DNA of 48,441 bases from contig CATPBV010000112.1 in the NCBI GenBank assembly GCA_955652345.1, forward strand, positions 1 to 48,441, given 5' to 3'. A program made the translations under genes and the position numbers. The notes under the pieces were generated by a model. It had not been told where the DNA came from. It worked only from the letters and a program-made list of their open reading frames with translations, and did no database searches. This stretch comes from an uncultured Solirubrobacteraceae bacterium (GTDB lineage: Bacteria; Actinomycetota; Thermoleophilia; Solirubrobacterales; Solirubrobacteraceae). Below, piece after piece: positions 44,517 to 48,441 of the stretch. The stretch's first letter is position 1; each line of letters starts with the position of its first letter.

Positions 44517-47237
44517 CTAGACGGGGACGCCGGCGTCGCGCATCAGCCGCCCTACCGGTACCGCGATCAGGTGGTCGGCCTTCAGGCGCGCGGCGAGCTC
44601 GGCGACGAGCCGGGCCACATCGCCCGGACGATTGACAGTCACCTCGATCAGCTCTCCCGGCCGTAGCACGCCCAGTGCGGTGTGGTGGCCTCCGATCTTC
44701 ACCGCTCCCGCGACCAGACGGCCGCCTGCTCCGTGGGCGAACAGCCACTGCCCGAGGCTGGGCCCGTTCGAGACGTACAGGAAGTGGTGGTGATGGTGCA
44801 GGCCACAGGTCTTGCCGAGGTCGTTGATCAAATCGCGCGTGCCGAGCCAGCGGACAAGGCCGCCTCTTGGCAGGCGAGGCAGCACCTGGTCGCCGGTCGG
44901 AAACGCCCGGAGCTGCGCCGCGGTGAGGCTGCGATCGACCGTGAACGAGACCTGTATCCCTCGGCTCGAGAGGGTGCTCGCAATCGCCCCGAGCTCGGAC
45001 ACGGGCGCGTTGACGAGGATCCCGACCTCCGGCCTGGTCGTCGCGACCGTCGTGACTGGGCGCATGTGGACGACGTGCGAGACGAGCGTGTACGCGGCGC
45101 CGGTGGTCAGCGTCCAGGCGCCCAGCGCGATCGACATCGCACTGGTAGTCGCGAACCTCGCGGTGCGCACTCGCCACACGGGCAACTGGCGGACACGGCG
45201 CTCGTCGGACAGGATCAATGAGGCAGTCGACGGTCGGCGCGCGAACGAGCCGTCCGGCTCCGGATGGCGCTCGAGTGCGCGCTCGATTGCCGGACCCAGC
45301 TCCTGCTGGCTGCGGGCCACTTCGGCCAGCCCAAAGCGCTCGAGCGCGGTGTTCGACGCGCGCACGTGGCCGTAGCCGAAACCGTAGGAGACCACGGGGC
45401 AGCCGCGGATGATCGCCTCGAGCACGGTCAGCCCCGCGCTCGAGTGGACGAGCGCATCGCTCGCTGCAAGCACATCGCCCATCCGGTCGGTGAAGCCCAT
45501 CAGCCGCAGGCGCGGCTCTCCGCCGAGGTGCCTGGCGACCCGCATGCGAAGCCTGTCGTTTCGCCCGCACAGGCACAGGACGAGCGCATCGGGGACCTCG
45601 AGCGCGGCCTTCGTGGCACCGAGCAGGTCGCCCACCCCCCAGCCTCCACCGGATACTGCGATTACCTTGGCGTCGGCGGGCAGCCCCAGGGAGCGCCGCG
45701 CATCGGCCCGCGACCGCGCCGCAAGGAAAGCGGGCGCCGTCGGCGGCTTCGCCCACCGCACGCTGCCCGGCCCGGCGATCTTCTCGACCTCCTCGGCGGA
45801 TTCCGGGTGCGTGATGAAGTGCAGGTCGATCCCCGGGTGCGCCCAGAACTGGAGCCCCGCCAGATCCGTGATCGACGAGTAGCAGGGCACGTTCAGCCGG
45901 CCGGTGCGGCGCAGCTCGCCGAGCACGGCGGTCACACCGGGATAGGTCGAAACGATCAGGTCTGGGTCGTGGGCGCGGATCAGGCGCATCAGACCGCGGC
46001 GCCCAAACGCCGTCAGCACGCGCCGGCACAGCCACCGCGTCGGCGCGAAGTACATGAACATCATGTACTGGAAGTCGAATAGCCAGGGGACCCAGCGGAA
46101 CATGAACGCCGAGTTCTCGCGAAGCACCTTGGTCAGGACCGCGCCCATCGCGGGCAAGCCGTTGACGATCGAGACGCTCGCGTCGGGATCCTCGTCGCGG
46201 AACTCGCGCGACACCGCCCGCGCCGGCAGGTCGTGGCCTTCCCCGATGTCGGCGGAGATGATCAGCACGTGGCGGGGCCTCGACTCAGCGTCGGGCTCCC
46301 CAGCGGGGATGACCGCCTCGCGCTCGGCGGCGATCGCCGCCTCCTCCTGGCGCCACTGCACGTAGCGACGCACACCCTCGCGGAACGGGGTTGCAGCGCT
46401 CCACCCGAGCTCTCGGCGCGCACGCTCGCTGCACACGACCTTGCCGCCGAAGTCACCAGGACGCGCCGGCGTGTGGACGATCTCCACGTCGCCGATCAGC
46501 TCCTTGACGGTCTCGGCGATCTGCTTGATCGAGATGTTCTCGTCGCTGGCAAGGTTGTAGACGCGGTTCGCGGCGTGATCGTCGAGTCCCAGCGCGACGC
46601 CCTCGGCCAGGTCCTCGACATAGACGAAGCGCCGCGACTGTCCGCCGTCGCCGGCGAGCGTCAGCGCCTCGCCGCGTAGCGCCTTGCCGACGAACGCGGG
46701 AATCACGGCGGCCTCTCGCGCCCGCGGCCCGTACGGGATCCCGAAGCGCAGGATCGTGTAGTCGATGCCGTACAGCTCCTGGTAGGCCTTGCAGTAGAGC
46801 TCGCCGGCGAGCTTCGTGCTCGTGTAGAGGTGGCTGGGCGCCGGCAGCAGCGTGTCCTCGTCGACCTCGTCCTGCTCGCAGTCGGAGTAGACCCAGATCG
46901 TGCTCGCGTACACGATCCGCTTGACCTCGGCCCTGCGTGCCGCCTCCAGGACCGCCACGGTGCCGCGCGCGTTGACGCGCTCGGCGTCCTCGGGCTCGGC
47001 ATGGACATCGTTGACGTCGGCGACCGCGGCGAGGTGGGCCACGGCGTCGCAGCTGTGCAGCGCGCGCTCGAGCGCCTCGCGGTCGGTGATCGACCCGAGC
47101 TTCGTCTCGACGCTGCCCCGCTCGTGCCACGGCGAAGGACGCAAGTCGTAGATGACCGGCTCGTGCCCGCGGGCGCGGAGCTTGTCTACAACGTGCGATC
47201 CGATGAACCCGGATCCGCCTGTGACAAGGACTCTCAT
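44517..47237 (-). CDS. Fusion: NAD-dependent epimerase/dehydratase + GT28 (MGDG synthase/UgtP-like) glycosyltransferase + degenerate NodB-like domain
   Basis: VLVTGGSGFIG, YTSTK; then IISADIGEGH, PDLIVSTYP, GGGWGVG, GFTDRMGDVLAASD..V..SAGLTVLEA; hydrophobic segment; C-terminus LAARLKADHLIAVPVGRLM. Confidence 0.85.
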   Translation of the reverse strand: MRVLVTGGSGFIGSHVVDKLRARGHEPVIYDLRPSPWHERGSVETKLGSITDREALERALHSCDAVAHLAAVADVNDVHAEPEDAERVNARGTVAVLEAARRAEVKRIVYASTIWVYSDCEQDEVDEDTLLPAPSHLYTSTKLAGELYCKAYQELYGIDYTILRFGIPYGPRAREAAVIPAFVGKALRGEALTLAGDGGQSRRFVYVEDLAEGVALGLDDHAANRVYNLASDENISIKQIAETVKELIGDVEIVHTPARPGDFGGKVVCSERARRELGWSAATPFREGVRRYVQWRQEEAAIAAEREAVIPAGEPDAESRPRHVLIISADIGEGHDLPARAVSREFRDEDPDASVSIVNGLPAMGAVLTKVLRENSAFMFRWVPWLFDFQYMMFMYFAPTRWLCRRVLTAFGRRGLMRLIRAHDPDLIVSTYPGVTAVLGELRRTGRLNVPCYSSITDLAGLQFWAHPGIDLHFITHPESAEEVEKIAGPGSVRWAKPPTAPAFLAARSRADARRSLGLPADAKVIAVSGGGWGVGDLLGATKAALEVPDALVLCLCGRNDRLRMRVARHLGGEPRLRLMGFTDRMGDVLAASDALVHSSAGLTVLEAIIRGCPVVSYGFGYGHVRASNTALERFGLAEVARSQQELGPAIERALERHPEPDGSFARRPSTASLILSDERRVRQLPVWRVRTARFATTSAMSIALGAWTLTTGAAYTLVSHVVHMRPVTTVATTRPEVGILVNAPVSELGAIASTLSSRGIQVSFTVDRSLTAAQLRAFPTGDQVLPRLPRGGLVRWLGTRDLINDLGKTCGLHHHHHFLYVSNGPSLGQWLFAHGAGGRLVAGAVKIGGHHTALGVLRPGELIEVTVNRPGDVARLVAELAARLKADHLIAVPVGRLMRDAGVPV

Positions 47238-47244
47238 TACGTGA

Positions 47245-48252
47245 TCAGTACCCCGGACGGTAGTAGAGAGGTACGCAGGAGTGGTTGCGCGCCACCCAAT
47301 CGCTGCCCGGGAGTTCCACGTCGTGGCCCATGATCCTGTGACAGGGCTCGTCGTAAACCCTACCGGTCGAGGGCTCGATCCAGTCGAGAACGATGTATTT
47401 GTAGAGGCCCGAGACCATCCCATCCGGGACCTGGAGCCGGTTCGGGTACTTCGGGTCGAGCTGCTCCCGTGCGACCCGGTTCTTCCACGCGACGATTTCG
47501 GGCAGCCGCTCCACTCCGACCAGGCCGAGGGCGGCGGTGAACTCGTTCATCCGGAAATTCAGGCCGCTGACCTCGTAGCCGGGCTTTCCGTAGTTCCTAT
47601 ACGCGCGCGCGTGCTCGATCACCTCGGGGCGCCGTGAGACGAGCACGCCCCCCTCTCCGGTCGAGATCGTCTTGGTGGCGTACAGGGAGTAGATGCCGAC
47701 GTCTCCGTAGGTGCCCGGCTTGCAGTCGTTCCACGAAGCGCCGTGCGCGTGGGCGCAGTCCTCGATCAGGAAGATCCCGTGTTGCGCGCAGTAGTCGGCG
47801 ATCTGCGCGGTATCGAACGCGATGTGACCGCCGATGTGCACGAGGAACGCCGCCCGCGGGCGATGGCGCTCGGCCTTCTCCTCGAAGTCGGCGAACGACA
47901 TGCACAGGTCCTCGCGGCTGCAGTCCACGAACTGGACATCGGCACCCGCACCGAGCGCCGCAAGAGGGGTCGCCATGAACGTGTTCGATGGACACAGCAC
48001 CGTCTCGCCCCGGACACCCGCGAACTGGAGCGCCGCCAGCGCGCCTCCGGCCCAGCTCGAGAAGGCCACCGCCGGCGCGTCGCCCTGGGTTTCCCAGGCG
48101 GCCTCGAAGCGCGTGACCATCTCGCCCTCCGACCAGCGCTCGGAGTCGAGCACCTCGTCGATCAGCGCGTGCAGGCGAGCGCGATCGCGGTGGTCGAAGC
48201 CGATCGCAAAGCGTGCGAAATCAGGGGCTGTCGGGGTGGAGGTCGTTCTCAT
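47245..48252 (-). CDS. DegT/DnrJ/EryC1/StrS family sugar aminotransferase
   Basis: PSNTFMAT, VHIGG, IEDCAHAHG, SLYATKTISTGEGG (PLP Lys), GLNFRMNE. Confidence 0.92.
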   Translation of the reverse strand: MRTTSTPTAPDFARFAIGFDHRDRARLHALIDEVLDSERWSEGEMVTRFEAAWETQGDAPAVAFSSWAGGALAALQFAGVRGETVLCPSNTFMATPLAALGAGADVQFVDCSREDLCMSFADFEEKAERHRPRAAFLVHIGGHIAFDTAQIADYCAQHGIFLIEDCAHAHGASWNDCKPGTYGDVGIYSLYATKTISTGEGGVLVSRRPEVIEHARAYRNYGKPGYEVSGLNFRMNEFTAALGLVGVERLPEIVAWKNRVAREQLDPKYPNRLQVPDGMVSGLYKYIVLDWIEPSTGRVYDEPCHRIMGHDVELPGSDWVARNHSCVPLYYRPGY

Positions 48253-48353
48253 CGATGTTCTCGCCGTGGGCCGCGGTGATCGCGCGCCGCTTGAGCCGGC
48301 CGGGCGGCGCGATGCCGGTGCCAGCCTAGCTCTGTGCCAGGCCGACAAGCCTT

Positions 48354-48441
48354 TCAGACAGGTAGGACGGTAGCGAGGTCGCGCCGTGAAAGCTCTCTCA
48401 TGATGGTCGGCAGGGCTTCGGCGGTCTTCCGATGGGAGCCA
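48354..48441 (-). CDS. 3' end of a gene entering from outside the window, probably a polysaccharide deacetylase
   Basis: Manual translation GSHRKTAEALPTIMRELSRRDLATVLPV*; resembles the T..ALP.I...L...G C-terminal helix of NodB domains; only 28 aa visible. Confidence 0.5.
   Translation of the reverse strand, partial: GSHRKTAEALPTIMRELSRRDLATVLPV

Overview
A GC-rich actinobacterial chromosomal window; gene content and style suggest Thermoleophilia/Solirubrobacterales (inference). Most of it is housekeeping and metabolic: a SUF Fe-S locus (Rrf2-sufC-sufS-sufU ... Rieske-sufB), rnd, an M3 oligopeptidase, acyl-CoA enzymes, ilvA/ridA, glnA, MFS/TetR and others. Six things stand out. (1) A ~2.6 kb insert splits the SUF locus. 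It carries a LexA-boxed DUF222/HNH nuclease gene plus VOC and methyltransferase cargo, punctuated by three related CGT(C/T)TCCGCGGAGACG-type palindromic repeats. (2) A dispersed SOS mutasome: imuB with a separate small Trp-rich ORF, and dnaE2, each unit with its own LexA box. (3) A c-di-AMP (ydaO) riboswitch precedes an uncharacterised Arg/Gly-rich membrane protein. (4) A ~165-nt intergenic rod-like hairpin whose wobble pairs form on only one strand. (5) A deacetylase / DegT aminotransferase / epimerase-GT28-pseudo-deacetylase fusion cluster that could make an amino-sugar glycolipid. (6) Several readable operators (Rrf2, HxlR, TetR, MarR-like, PHO-like). No rRNA, tRNA or CRISPR array was seen. 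All family calls come from motif recognition by eye, not database searches.
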